From: an uncultured delta proteobacterium | Lineage (GTDB): Bacteria > Myxococcota_A > Polyangia > Polyangiales > B10-G4 | Assembly: GCA_963727445.1 (NCBI GenBank) | Contig: CAVSGI010000020.1 | Location: 640,001 to 704,000 of the forward strand | Length of the DNA stretch: 64,000 bases | Direction of reading: 5' to 3' | In this document: positions 9,363 through 18,977 of the stretch, in pieces | Position numbering within the stretch: the stretch's first letter is position 1 | Layout: the number at the start of each line of letters is the position of its first letter | Made by a program: the position numbers and the translations under genes | The notes under the pieces: generated by a model | Told to the model about the DNA's origin: nothing | Seen by the model: the letters and a program-made list of their open reading frames with translations, nothing else | The model's database searches: none

Positions 9363-10808
9363 TCAGCTCGGGTCGGCGGGGAGCGAGTCTCCGCGGTACA
9401 GGCGCTCGTAGAGCCGGGCGCTCCGCTCCCAGGAGTGGTCGAGGCGCATCACCCGTCGCTTGAGCGATTCGATCTCGTTCACCTTGTGGAAGGCGGCGAA
9501 GCTGCGGCGGATCGCGGCGAGGAGATCCTCGCCCGTCGCCTCTTCGAAGACGAAGCCGGTGCCCGTCGAGAGCGCGGGATCGCAATCGACCACGGTGTCG
9601 GCCAGGCCGCCCGTGCGCCGGACGACAGGGAGCGCACCGTAGCGATGCGCCACCATCTGAACGTAGCCGCAGGGCTCGTGACGCGCCGGGACCAGCACCA
9701 GATCCGCCGCCGCCAGGGCTTCGTGAGCGATGCTCCCGTCCCCCGCGCTCTCCACCTTCATGCGATCGGGCCAGCGATCGGCGAGGGCCGAGAGCTTGGC
9801 GCGCAGCGGGTCGCCGTCGTCGCCTTCGAAGACGACGAGTATCTGACAGTCGTTGCGCAGGACCTTGGGCGCGACCTCGGCGAAGAGATCGAAGCCGGAG
9901 GAGGGGTCGCTGTTCGCCAGGAGCACCAGGAGCGGGACGTCGTCGCGCACCGGGAAGCCCTCACTCCGCTGCAGGTGCGTCTTGTTCCTGGCCTTGCCGG
10001 CGAGATCCATCGGATCGAAGCGGCTCTGCACGCGCGGGTCGGTGGCTGGGTTCCACACCGACGCGTCGACGCCGTTCAGGATGCCCACCAGCTTGTCGCC
10101 GAGGGCGCCGTATCGCTCCTCGAGCCCGGCCCCGCCGGGGGCCGCCGCGAGCTCGCGCGCATAGGTCGGCGAGACGGTGGTGACGTGGTCGGCGCGCTCG
10201 AGACCGAGCGCGAGCACGTTGGTGCGCCCGCCCGCTTTGGCGAGCTTCGCGTCTTCCTCGTCGAGCCCGAGGGCGCTGGCGTCCTTGCCGGCGAACTCCC
10301 CCTGGGCCGACGGGTCGTGGATCGTGAGGACCGAGGGCACGTCCGCGAGCACCGAGTCCCGCTTGGCGAGGGCGAGGGCGAGGGCGCCCGGCCAGTCGTG
10401 GCCGTGGATCGCACCGAAGGTGCCGTCGTGCTTGTGCGCGGCGCCGAGAGCGGCGCGCGCGAAGACGCCTGCGCGCCGGGCGACGACGTCGGGCGCGTCC
10501 CCGTCGTTCATTCCGTCGCTCTTGGCGAAGAGCTCGGGGTGACCGATGAAGAGCAGGTCGACCCCGCCGGTGGTGCGGCCGTCGTAGAGCTCGCAGGCGA
10601 CCTTCTCGCCGCCGACCTCGACGTCGACGGTCATCAGGCGCCGCGCCAGGCCGCGGCGCTGGGGGTCGACGCCGGCCCAGAGCGGGGTGACCACCGTGAC
10701 TTTGTGTCCGTGGCCGCGAAGCGCCTTCGGCAGCGCAGCGATCGCTTCGGCCGTCGAGCCTTCGGCTCCATAGCCGGCGATCTGGGGAGTGATGAAGAGG
10801 ATATCCAT
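9363..10808 (-). CDS. glgA: Glycogen/starch synthase-like GT5 protein with degenerate ADP-glucose-binding motifs
   Basis: 'HGHDW', 'TTVSPTYARE', 'GILNGVD...WNP', 'EPCG', 'TGGLADTV'; KTGGL is replaced by AEGST. Confidence 0.8.
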   Translation of the reverse strand: MDILFITPQIAGYGAEGSTAEAIAALPKALRGHGHKVTVVTPLWAGVDPQRRGLARRLMTVDVEVGGEKVACELYDGRTTGGVDLLFIGHPELFAKSDGMNDGDAPDVVARRAGVFARAALGAAHKHDGTFGAIHGHDWPGALALALAKRDSVLADVPSVLTIHDPSAQGEFAGKDASALGLDEEDAKLAKAGGRTNVLALGLERADHVTTVSPTYARELAAAPGGAGLEERYGALGDKLVGILNGVDASVWNPATDPRVQSRFDPMDLAGKARNKTHLQRSEGFPVRDDVPLLVLLANSDPSSGFDLFAEVAPKVLRNDCQILVVFEGDDGDPLRAKLSALADRWPDRMKVESAGDGSIAHEALAAADLVLVPARHEPCGYVQMVAHRYGALPVVRRTGGLADTVVDCDPALSTGTGFVFEEATGEDLLAAIRRSFAAFHKVNEIESLKRRVMRLDHSWERSARLYERLYRGDSLPADPS

Positions 10809-10867
10809 GGGGCGCGAACCATACCGGGTGTTGACCCACCCCGCCAGTTGTCCCAGAGACCTGCGGA

Positions 10868-11770
10868 ATGGCTGAGACGGTTGCGATCACGGGCGCGTCC
10901 GGGCTGGTGGGCTCGGCGCTGACCGAAGCCCTCCGCGCGCGGGGGGTCACGGTGCGAAAGCTCGTCCGAGGCGCGCCACGCGCCGACGACGAAGTGCGCT
11001 GGGACCCGAGCGCGGACCACCTCCCGCCCGAGGTCCTGGCCGGCGCCCGCGTGGTGGTTCATCTGGCGGGCAAGAGCATCGGCGACGGCCGATGGACCGA
11101 AGCGGTGAAGCGAGAGATCCGCGCGAGCCGCGTCGACAGCACCCGGCTCATCGCCCGGGCCATCGCCGACGGCGCCGGACCCGAGGTCCTGGTGTGCGCG
11201 TCGGCGGTCGGCTTCTTCGGTGATCGCGGCGACGAGGTCCTCGACGAGGAGAGCCCTGCGGGCGAAGGATTTCTCGCCGAGGTGGTGCAGGCCTGGGAGG
11301 CGGCCGCAGACCCGGCGCGCGAAGCCGGCATCCGCGTCGTGCACGCGCGCTTCGGGGTGATCCTCACGCGAGAGGGTGGGGCGCTCGAGCGCATGCTCAC
11401 GCCCTTCCGCTTCGGTGTGGGCGGGCGCCTCGGCAGCGGCGAGCAATACATGGCCTTCGTCTCGCTCTCGGACGCCGTCTCCGCGCTGCTTCGTTTCGTC
11501 GACGATCCTTCGCTCGAAGGCGTCTTCGACGTCACCGCTCCCGAGCCCGCGACCAACGCGGAGCTGACCAGTGCCCTCGGCGAGGCGCTCGGGCGGCCGA
11601 CGTTCATCCCCGTCCCAGCGTTCGCCTTGCGCGCGGCGATGGGCCGGCAGATGGCGGACGAGCTCCTTCTGGCGAGCCAGCGCGTGGTACCGGCGCGCCT
11701 GTTGGAAGCGGGCTTCGAGTTCGCCCACCCGACCATCGACGACGTGGTGCGGGCGGGCGTCTCCGGTTGA
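10868..11770 (+). CDS. TIGR01777 family NAD-dependent epimerase-like oxidoreductase
   Basis: 'ITGASGLVG', 'VVHLAG', 'SRVDST', 'GGRLGSGEQYM', 'LLLASQRVVP'. Confidence 0.9.
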   Translation: MAETVAITGASGLVGSALTEALRARGVTVRKLVRGAPRADDEVRWDPSADHLPPEVLAGARVVVHLAGKSIGDGRWTEAVKREIRASRVDSTRLIARAIADGAGPEVLVCASAVGFFGDRGDEVLDEESPAGEGFLAEVVQAWEAAADPAREAGIRVVHARFGVILTREGGALERMLTPFRFGVGGRLGSGEQYMAFVSLSDAVSALLRFVDDPSLEGVFDVTAPEPATNAELTSALGEALGRPTFIPVPAFALRAAMGRQMADELLLASQRVVPARLLEAGFEFAHPTIDDVVRAGVSG

Positions 11771-11777
11771 AGACCGG

Positions 11778-12266
11778 CTACTTCTGGTAGCGCTCGCGGT
11801 CCTTCGCCATGCGCGCTTCGATGCGCTCGACCACCTCGGGGTGCGAGAGGCCGAGGATGCGCGCCGCGAGGAAGGCCGCGTTGCGTGATCCGTCCACGCC
11901 GACAGTCGCCACCGGGATCCCCGGCGGCATCTGCACGGTCGACAGAAGAGAATCGAATCCGGCGAGAGCCCCCGACGCGAGGGGAACACCGATCACCGGC
12001 AGGGTGGTGTGCGCTGCCACCACGCCCGCGAGGTGCGCGGCCATTCCGGCGCAGGCGATGATCACCTCGACGCCGCGGCCCTTCGCCTTGGTGACGTGCT
12101 CGACCACCATGTCGGGGGTGCGATGGGCGCTCATGGCATGGACTTCGGCGGGAATGCCGAGCTCGTCCAGCACTTCCTTCGCCTTGTTGACCGTGGGGAG
12201 ATCGCTCGGGCTGCCGGTCAGGATCGAGACCACCGGCGAGCCATCCTTGGTGAGTGTTTCGGGCAT
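11778..12266 (-). CDS. purE: N5-CAIR mutase
   Basis: 'GSPSDL', 'SAHRTP', 'AGMAAHLAGVVAAHTTLPVIGVP', 'VQMPPGIPVATV'. Confidence 0.95.
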   Translation of the reverse strand: MPETLTKDGSPVVSILTGSPSDLPTVNKAKEVLDELGIPAEVHAMSAHRTPDMVVEHVTKAKGRGVEVIIACAGMAAHLAGVVAAHTTLPVIGVPLASGALAGFDSLLSTVQMPPGIPVATVGVDGSRNAAFLAARILGLSHPEVVERIEARMAKDRERYQK

Positions 12267-12317
12267 GGCGGGCTGTCTGTACCAGACGCGGCCGCTCTGG
12301 GCTATGGTCGCGTCCCG

Positions 12318-13046
12318 ATGGCCCAGAGAGACCGGACTCGACTCATCAACATGAGCCTCGCCGCCATCGCCTTGATCGGGATCGTCGGGATTTTCGTGTG
12401 GTGGAAGGCGGAGGAGGATGCGGCGCGGGAGCGGCGTGAGGCCGATCGCATCGCCCGGGAGCAGGAGCGGGCGGAGCGCGAGGCCGAGCGGTCGGCGCGG
12501 CTCCTCGAAGAGTCGGCGGAGCTGATGCCCGAGCCCCTCGACGGGTTGGCGCTCGGGATGAGCAAGGAGCAGGTGGGGGAGCTGCGCCGGATGCAGCCCA
12601 AGCTCGGCGCCAGCGAGGACCCCAGCAAGACCTTCTACGAGGAGGAGCTGCCCAACGGATCGCAGGTCGTGTACGGCTTCGACGACGAGACCGATACCCT
12701 GGCGCAGATCCAGGTGCTGTCGATCCTGCCTTCGGCCGAAGCGTTCCAGGCGCACTTCACCGCGATGATCGAGGCCTACGGAAGGCCCGGCGGCGCATGG
12801 GACTGTCCCGACACGGGCGGGGTTCCGACGCGCCGCTTCACCTGGCGGCGCGCGCGCACCACCCTCGCCGACATCTTCCTCGTCTACGGCGACCGCATCA
12901 GCGTCACCCTCTACATCGCGCCCACCGAGGTGATCGGGGCTTCCCTCGTGCGCGCGCGCTGCCAGCCGGTGCAGTCCTACGAGCAGCTCCTCGAGTTCCC
13001 CACGACCAGCCTCGACGCGATCACCGAGTCCCAGGAGACCCCATGA
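12318..13046 (+). CDS. Hypothetical membrane-anchored protein with coiled-coil stalk
   Basis: N-terminal TM (LAAIALIGIVGIFVWW), E/R-rich helix, globular C-terminus; stop overlaps next ATG. Confidence 0.65.
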   Translation: MAQRDRTRLINMSLAAIALIGIVGIFVWWKAEEDAARERREADRIAREQERAEREAERSARLLEESAELMPEPLDGLALGMSKEQVGELRRMQPKLGASEDPSKTFYEEELPNGSQVVYGFDDETDTLAQIQVLSILPSAEAFQAHFTAMIEAYGRPGGAWDCPDTGGVPTRRFTWRRARTTLADIFLVYGDRISVTLYIAPTEVIGASLVRARCQPVQSYEQLLEFPTTSLDAITESQETP

Positions 13047-13858
13047 CCCATCGATATCTGATTGCGCTTGCCGTCGTCCTCTCCGCGGCCGCCGGCTGCG
13101 ACGACGAGCCAGAGACCCAGGCCACGCCGGAGACCGCCGAGCCCGAGCTGAGCGAAGAGGTCGTGGAAGCGGAAGAGGAAGCGCCGCCCGCCGCGGATCC
13201 GAACGAAGCCTGCGCGCAGGTCATCGTGGTGGCGTGGGAGGGCGCCGAGTACGCCGCCGACGACATCGATCGCGACCAGGCCGCGGCCCGGGCGAAGGCC
13301 GAGGAGCTGCGCACGCGCCTCGAGCAGGGCGCGGACTTCGCCGAGCTCGCCCGCGCGGAGTCGGATGCGGCGTCGACCGGGCCGCGGGGTGGCTTGATGG
13401 GGACCTACGCACGGGACGAGTGGCCCGCTCCGCACATGGCGATCCGCGATGCGCTCTTCGGCCTGGGTGTCGGGCAGCTCTCCGAGGTGGTGGAGGCGCC
13501 CTACGGCTGGGTGCTGATGCGGCGGTGTGCGGTGGAGAAGATCCACACCCGGCACATCCTCATTCGGTATCAGGGCGCGAAGAACGCACCCGAGAGCGTC
13601 ACCCGGAGCAAGGAGGAGGCCGAGATCCTCGCGGGCACCATTCGCGTGGCCGTGCAGGCGGCCCCCGAGAGCTTCGAGGAGGCCGCTCGGGAGCACAGCG
13701 AGGACAGCTCCGCATCGCGTGGTGGCGACATGGGGGAGTTGGGCCGCGGTCGGCTGGCCGAGGCCTACGAAGCCGCCGCGTGGGAGCTCGCCCCGGGCGG
13801 CATCAGCGAACCGGTCGAGACCGAATTCGGCTATCACATCATCCAGCGCGTCGAGTGA
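13043..13858 (+). CDS. Peptidylprolyl isomerase, two PpiC/parvulin domains, lipoprotein
   Basis: Lipobox AAGC; 'FAELARAESD...GGLMG', 'RHILIRY', 'SEDSSASRGGDMG...SEPVETEFGYHIIQR'. Confidence 0.9.
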   Translation: MTHRYLIALAVVLSAAAGCDDEPETQATPETAEPELSEEVVEAEEEAPPAADPNEACAQVIVVAWEGAEYAADDIDRDQAAARAKAEELRTRLEQGADFAELARAESDAASTGPRGGLMGTYARDEWPAPHMAIRDALFGLGVGQLSEVVEAPYGWVLMRRCAVEKIHTRHILIRYQGAKNAPESVTRSKEEAEILAGTIRVAVQAAPESFEEAAREHSEDSSASRGGDMGELGRGRLAEAYEAAAWELAPGGISEPVETEFGYHIIQRVE

Positions 13859-13898
13859 GGGCTGGACACGCGTTCCGAACGACTTCAGACAATCACCC

Positions 13899-14408
13899 AT
13901 GGCCCACCCCCTCGAGGACGTGATCCGAAACGCCGAGCCCTTCGTCTTCATCGGCAACAGCACGGAGGGCCGTTTCCCGGCGATGAGCTACGCCAACGCC
14001 AAGAAGCGGGATCACCGCATCTACTACTTCGACATGGGTGGGATGACCAAGAGCCGAGGGAAGGCGCCGGGAGGGAAGGTCTACGCCGACGTCGCGACGA
14101 TCCCGGACGATCGCACGGACCTCGCCGTGATCTGGACGAAGCCCCGCACCGCCAAGCGCGCGGTGGACATCGCCCACGAGCTCGGCGCGAAGCGCGTCTG
14201 GTTCAGCTTCATGACCGGTCACGCCGACGCGGTGCGGCACGCACGCGAGCTCGGAATGGAGATCGTGGAGATCGGTCGCTGTCCCGTTCACTACATGGAC
14301 GGACAGGTGGCGGAGTGTAAGAGCCACACGGCGCTCTTGAAGATCAGCGGTGCCTACAAGAGGCCGCCTCAGACGGACGAGAACGCCAAGCGCCGCGAGC
14401 TCATCTGA
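13899..14408 (+). CDS. CoA-binding domain protein (YccU-like)
   Basis: 'FIGNS', 'VYADVATIPD...DLAVIW', 'GAKRVWF', 'GRCP'. Confidence 0.65.
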   Translation: MAHPLEDVIRNAEPFVFIGNSTEGRFPAMSYANAKKRDHRIYYFDMGGMTKSRGKAPGGKVYADVATIPDDRTDLAVIWTKPRTAKRAVDIAHELGAKRVWFSFMTGHADAVRHARELGMEIVEIGRCPVHYMDGQVAECKSHTALLKISGAYKRPPQTDENAKRRELI

Positions 14409-14420
14409 TAAGATCCCGGG

Positions 14421-15233
14421 GTGCAGCGGTCGCACCCGGCCCTGGTTCTTCTGTTCGCGGTCACGGCGTGTAGCTTGGAGAGCGGGGCGCTTCTCCCGCC
14501 GGACGGTGCCGGCGGGACTGCGGATGGGGCGGTCACGGATAGCGGCGCGCCCGACGCGGTGATGGACGCTGACGCGGCGCGAGATTCCTCGTCCTCGGAC
14601 GGGCGCGTGGATGGATCGGTCGCGGACGGCTCGCTGGACACGGGGTCGGCGGATACCGGAACGCCGGACACCGGGCCTGCCGACACCGGGCCTGCCGACA
14701 CCGGGCCTGCCGACACCGGGCCTGCCGACACCGGGCCCACCTGCGTGGTCGCCGACGAGGCGTGCAACGGTCGCGACGACGACTGCGATGGAGCGGTGGA
14801 CGAGACGGGATGCAGCGGATGCCGTCGCAGCACCCATTCGGGGAGCATCTACCTGGCGTGCGATACCAACATCGGGTGGACCTCCGCGCGCTCGACCTGC
14901 ATGTCGATGGGCTACGACCTGGTCATCATCGACGACGCGAGTGAAAACGAGCACGTTCGTCTCCAGTCCGTGCCCTTCGGGCGCGACTTCTGGATCGGAA
15001 TGGACGACCGCATGGCCAACGCCACCTATCGCTGGGTCGATGGTCGCATCGTTCGGCAGGCGGGCGTCGACATGCTGTTCACCGTCTGGCAGCCGGGAGA
15101 GCCGGACGACGACATCACCATGAACTGCATCGAGATGGACTCGGCAGCCGGTGACTGGAACGACGTGCCGTGCGGAGAGCTCAAGCCGATCATCTGCGAG
15201 ACGCATCCCGCGACAGTCACGGTGTCGCCTTGA
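14421..15233 (+). CDS. C-type lectin domain lipoprotein with Asp-rich linker and metal-binding CxGxDDDCDG motif
   Basis: Lipobox VTAC; 'EACNGRDDDCDGAVDE'; CTL motifs 'FWIG', 'WQPGEPDD', 'NCIEM', 'WNDVPC...IC'. Confidence 0.85.
   Translation: MQRSHPALVLLFAVTACSLESGALLPPDGAGGTADGAVTDSGAPDAVMDADAARDSSSSDGRVDGSVADGSLDTGSADTGTPDTGPADTGPADTGPADTGPADTGPTCVVADEACNGRDDDCDGAVDETGCSGCRRSTHSGSIYLACDTNIGWTSARSTCMSMGYDLVIIDDASENEHVRLQSVPFGRDFWIGMDDRMANATYRWVDGRIVRQAGVDMLFTVWQPGEPDDDITMNCIEMDSAAGDWNDVPCGELKPIICETHPATVTVSP
14667..14737 (+). repeat. In-frame 15-bp tandem repeat (GACACCGGGCCTGCC) x4 plus a partial copy, encoding DTGPA
   Basis: Four perfect copies 14667-14726, an 11-nt partial copy, and degenerate copies upstream. 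Confidence 0.95.
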
Positions 15234-17298
15234 GGCGCGACTGCGCGCTGGCGACGTGGATCCTGGCGCAAGTGCTCTCCGGCTGCGGGGGCGCGGACGC
15301 GACTCCGGACGGATCGACACCGGACGCCGGTGACGCGGGCGACACGGATGGGGGCGCGATGGCGGTTCAGCCGCCAGTGGCGCCTCGGCTCCCCAGCTTC
15401 GAGTGCCCGGCAGGGTGGCGGACGGTCGCCACGGGAGACGGTTTCGACGTCTGCGAGCCGTTCCCGGACGGGGGCCGCGCGTCCTGTGCGCTTCACGAAG
15501 GTCACTTCCCGGGCGGGGCTGGTTGCGAGCGGATCGGGACGGCTTGCCCGGCTGGGGACTTCCCCGAGGGATTGGCGGCGACGGGGGTGCTCTATGTGAG
15601 CCCCGGCGCGACGGGGGGCGACGGAACGCTCGGAGCGCCTTTCGGGACCATCGCCGAGGCCACGGCCGCGGCGACCGCGGGGGACACCATCGCACTCGCG
15701 AAGGGCACCTACTCGGAGAACGTCGTCATGCCCGAGGGCGTCCATCTCCTCGGCGCCTGCGTCGAAGAGACCCTGCTCACCTCTGACGCGGCCAGCTACA
15801 GCGCCGGCGTGGTCCATGTGGAGTCGAGTGGAGTCGTGGTGCAGAACCTCCGCATCGGTCAGAGCGCCCGCCCGGGCATGAGCGTCATCGGTGACGGGGC
15901 GAGCGCCGTCATCCGTGATGTCGTCTTTCACGAGTGCGCGGTCGGCGGATTCACCGCGGAGCAGGGCGGTTCCATCGAGGCGGAGAACGTGGGCGTGCAC
16001 GACATGATGCCGGTGGCGTCTCTGAACGCGCTCGGTCGCGCGGTGAACGTCGAGTACGGAGCGACGGCGACCGTCCATCGTCTCTACGCCGAAGGAAACG
16101 CCGAGCACGCGGTCCTCGTACAACACGATGCGGACCTGACCGTGGAGGACGCGACGATCGTCGACACGAGGCTCCCTTCTCCGACGGGGTTGGCCGGCAG
16201 CGGGCTGACCGCCGCGGAGGGCGCGCGCCTGATCGCGCGGCGTGTCGTCATCGAAGAAGCGACGATGGTGGGCCTCCTCACGCAGAACGAGGGGACAGAG
16301 GCCATGCTGCAGGACGTGGTCGTGCGTCGGACGAGACCGGGGGTGATCTTCGGAGGCGCGCGGGGCCTCGAGGTCAACGAGGGGCCCACCGTGAGCTGTT
16401 CTCGATGTCTCTTCGAGGACCTTCTGGAGTTCGGGGTCAGCTCCCAGGGAGCGAGCGTGCTCACCCTCACCGACGCGGTGATCCGGAACGTGGACGCGCG
16501 AATGGAGGACATGCGCGCGGGCCGTGGCGTCAGCGTTCAGTCCGGGGGGCACGTCACGGTCGCTTCGGTCGCGGTCCTCGATGCCCGAGAAGTCGGAGTC
16601 TTCGCCGAGGCCGACGGGAGCGTGGTCGATGGCGGCGATCTCGTCATCCATCGGATCGCGCCGGACCTCGCCACCGGATCGTTCGGTCGCGGGCTCTCCG
16701 CTCAATCGGGCGCTGGCATGGAGCTCAACCGTGTGGAGGTCGTGGAGACGCACGAGGGCGGCGTGGTCGCCGTCGAACCGGGGTCGTACCTCCACCTGTC
16801 GGATCTGATGGTTCGCGACGTTCGTCCCAGACCCTCGGATCAGCGCTTCGGTCGCGGGGTGATCGCCCAGGTCGAAGCCGAGATCTCCCTCGAGCGCGGA
16901 CGAGTCGAGCAGACCCGTGAGTTCGGCGTCGGCTCGATTCACGATGCGGTGGTCACGCTGACCGACGTGAGCGTCTCGGACGTCCGTCCGCAAGAGTGCG
17001 CGCCCTCCACCTGTGGCGATCAGCCGGGAGGACACGGATTCGGGAGCTACTTCGGTGCGGAGCTCGTGGCGGCGTCCTTCGACATCTCGGCGGCCGCCTT
17101 GTGCGGTGTACAGGTCGCCGAGCTCGGGACCATGAACCTTCAGAGGGGAAGGATCTCGGGCTCGTCCATCGGCGCTTGCCTGCAGAGCACCAACCAGGAC
17201 GTGGGCGCGCTCGAAGACGGGGTCATCTACGTCGACAACGGCTCCAACCTCGAGACCACGACGCTTCCGGTGCCGAGGCCCTGGGCGCCGTCGAGTAG
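15230..17298 (+). CDS. Right-handed beta-helix repeat lipoprotein (DUF1565-like N-terminal part); frameshift at about 17275
   Basis: TTG overlaps the previous stop; lipobox LSGC; 'LYVSPGA..GDGT..APFGTIAEA...GDTIALAKGTY'; roughly 56-aa repeats (GRGxxxQxGA). Probable true end LPVPEALGAVE* at 17298. Confidence 0.75.
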
Positions 17299-17302
17299 AT
17301 GC

Positions 17303-17957
17303 TCAGCCGATGAAGAGCTCGCCGCCCTTTTCGATGGCGCGCTTCCAGGCCGGTCGTGCCTCCATGCGCGCGGCGTAGGCGCGGACGTTCGGAAAGTCTC
17401 GGCGGAGGCCGCCACGCACGAGAGACGCATGGACCGGGTAGCACATCATCACGTCCGCACCGCTCAGCTCGCCGGCGAGCCATTCGCGGCCTTCGAGAGA
17501 TTGCTCGACGAAGTCCATGTGCCGGCGGATCTCGGTGTCGGTGTACGCGCCGTCGATCTTGTTTGCGATGGTCTTGCCGAGGAGCGGAACCGCCTTCCTC
17601 AACCTGCCCGTGATCAGCTTCACCAACAGGGGCGTCATCATCGAGCCCTCGGCGAAGTGCAGAAAGAACCGGTACGTCAGGTAGTCGGGGGAGTCCTGGG
17701 CGGGTCGGAGGCGGCCTTCGCCGAAGGTGTCGAGGACGTACTCCACCAGGGCGCCGGACTCGGCGATCACCTTGCCTTCGTGGGTGATGACCGGCGACTT
17801 GCCCAGCGGATGGATCTCCTCGAGCTCCGGGCGGCGCGCGGTCGGCCTTGGTCCTCGCGTAGCGCTCGATGTCGTAGTCCACGCCCAGCTCTTCGAGGAG
17901 CCAGAGCGCGCGCTGCGAGCGAGAACGCTCGAGGTGATGGAGGGTGAGCTGGGCCAC
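17303..17957 (-). CDS. Glutathione S-transferase family protein; frameshift at about 17830
   Basis: 'HHLERSRSQRALWLLEELG' then, after one extra C, 'ELEEIHPLGKSPVI...IAESGA...LHFAEGSMM...LSGADVMM'. Confidence 0.9.
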
Positions 17958-17985
17958 GTGCGAGAGCTACCACGAGCGGCAGCGA

Positions 17986-18938
17986 TCAGCGAGGCTCGAT
18001 GATTCCTTCATAGGGTGCGGGACGCGGGTTCACGCTCCGGACCCAGAGGTCGCCCGAGCCGGTGATGTTCCCGCGGACGAGACCACCGCGACCGACCCAC
18101 AGCGCGCTGGGCGCAGCGTCGGCATCGAAGAAGAGCCGCAGGTGTTTGGTACCGCCGTCCCAGGCGCACTGCGCATACATCTGGATCACGACTTCGCGGG
18201 GCGTACGAACGGGCGGCGCGTGTTCCGCGTCGACGCGCTGGGGAGAAGTGTCGTAGGCGACGATGCAGCTCTGCATCGTCCCGACGTGCTCGGTCCAGGT
18301 GTCGAAGTCGAAGCCGGGATGTGGCGGCAGCGGCTCGGGGTGCTCCTCTTCCACTTCCCGGCTCCGGCGGCGATCGCGACAGCAGCGCGAAGGGCGAGGG
18401 TGTGGATCGTCGATCCCGCCCAGCACGCGCTCTTCGGCGCCGACGAAGATGGCGTTCGGGGTCTCGCCCCGGGCGTCCAACCCCACGACGCGCAGGCGCA
18501 GGCGCTCCTCGACGTCCGGCGCACTCGGAGAGGCCACCGACGCTTTGATCTCGGTGAGATCGGCTGGGTCCTCCACCAGCACGACCACGTTCGCAGTGCC
18601 TCCGTTCGGCCGGCGGCAGCCCACCCGGCGACCGGGCTTGCCGCGCTCCGCCGCGATCACGAACCGGTCCGCGTCGCCGATCTCGCTGACGCGCTCGGCC
18701 ACGCAGAGTCGCTCGCCTCCCGCGTGCTCCGCGGGCGCGAGGATCACGCGCCAGAAGTCGAAGGGTTGGTCGGGATCCGGCTGGGGGCCGGGATCTTCGA
18801 TCGGAGGCGTAACTGGGCGGTGGTGGCTGGCTGCACAGCGGGGAGGTCCTCGGACGCGCGCTGGTCTGGAGGCGTGACGTCTTCACAACCCGCGGCACAG
18901 GCGAGGCTCACTATGAGGAGGATCGCGCTCTGGCGCAC
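17986..18938 (-). CDS. Hypothetical lipoprotein; frameshift at about 18815-18830
   Basis: Signal/lipobox MRQSAILLIVSLACAAGC, then Pro-rich linker continuing into ORF 17986..18747. Confidence 0.5.
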
Positions 18939-18977
18939 GACGCCATCATAGCAATCGTCGGCGGATTTCCACGGGGC

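Noticed and set aside
14667..14737. Tandem repeat as a CRISPR array
   Set aside because: 15-bp head-to-tail units with no spacers, in frame within a CDS, and no cas genes nearby.
15170..17947. 925-aa ORF overlapping the GST gene by about 650 nt
   Set aside because: The extension past about 17275 is antisense GST sequence reached through a frameshift; a natural stop is at 17298.
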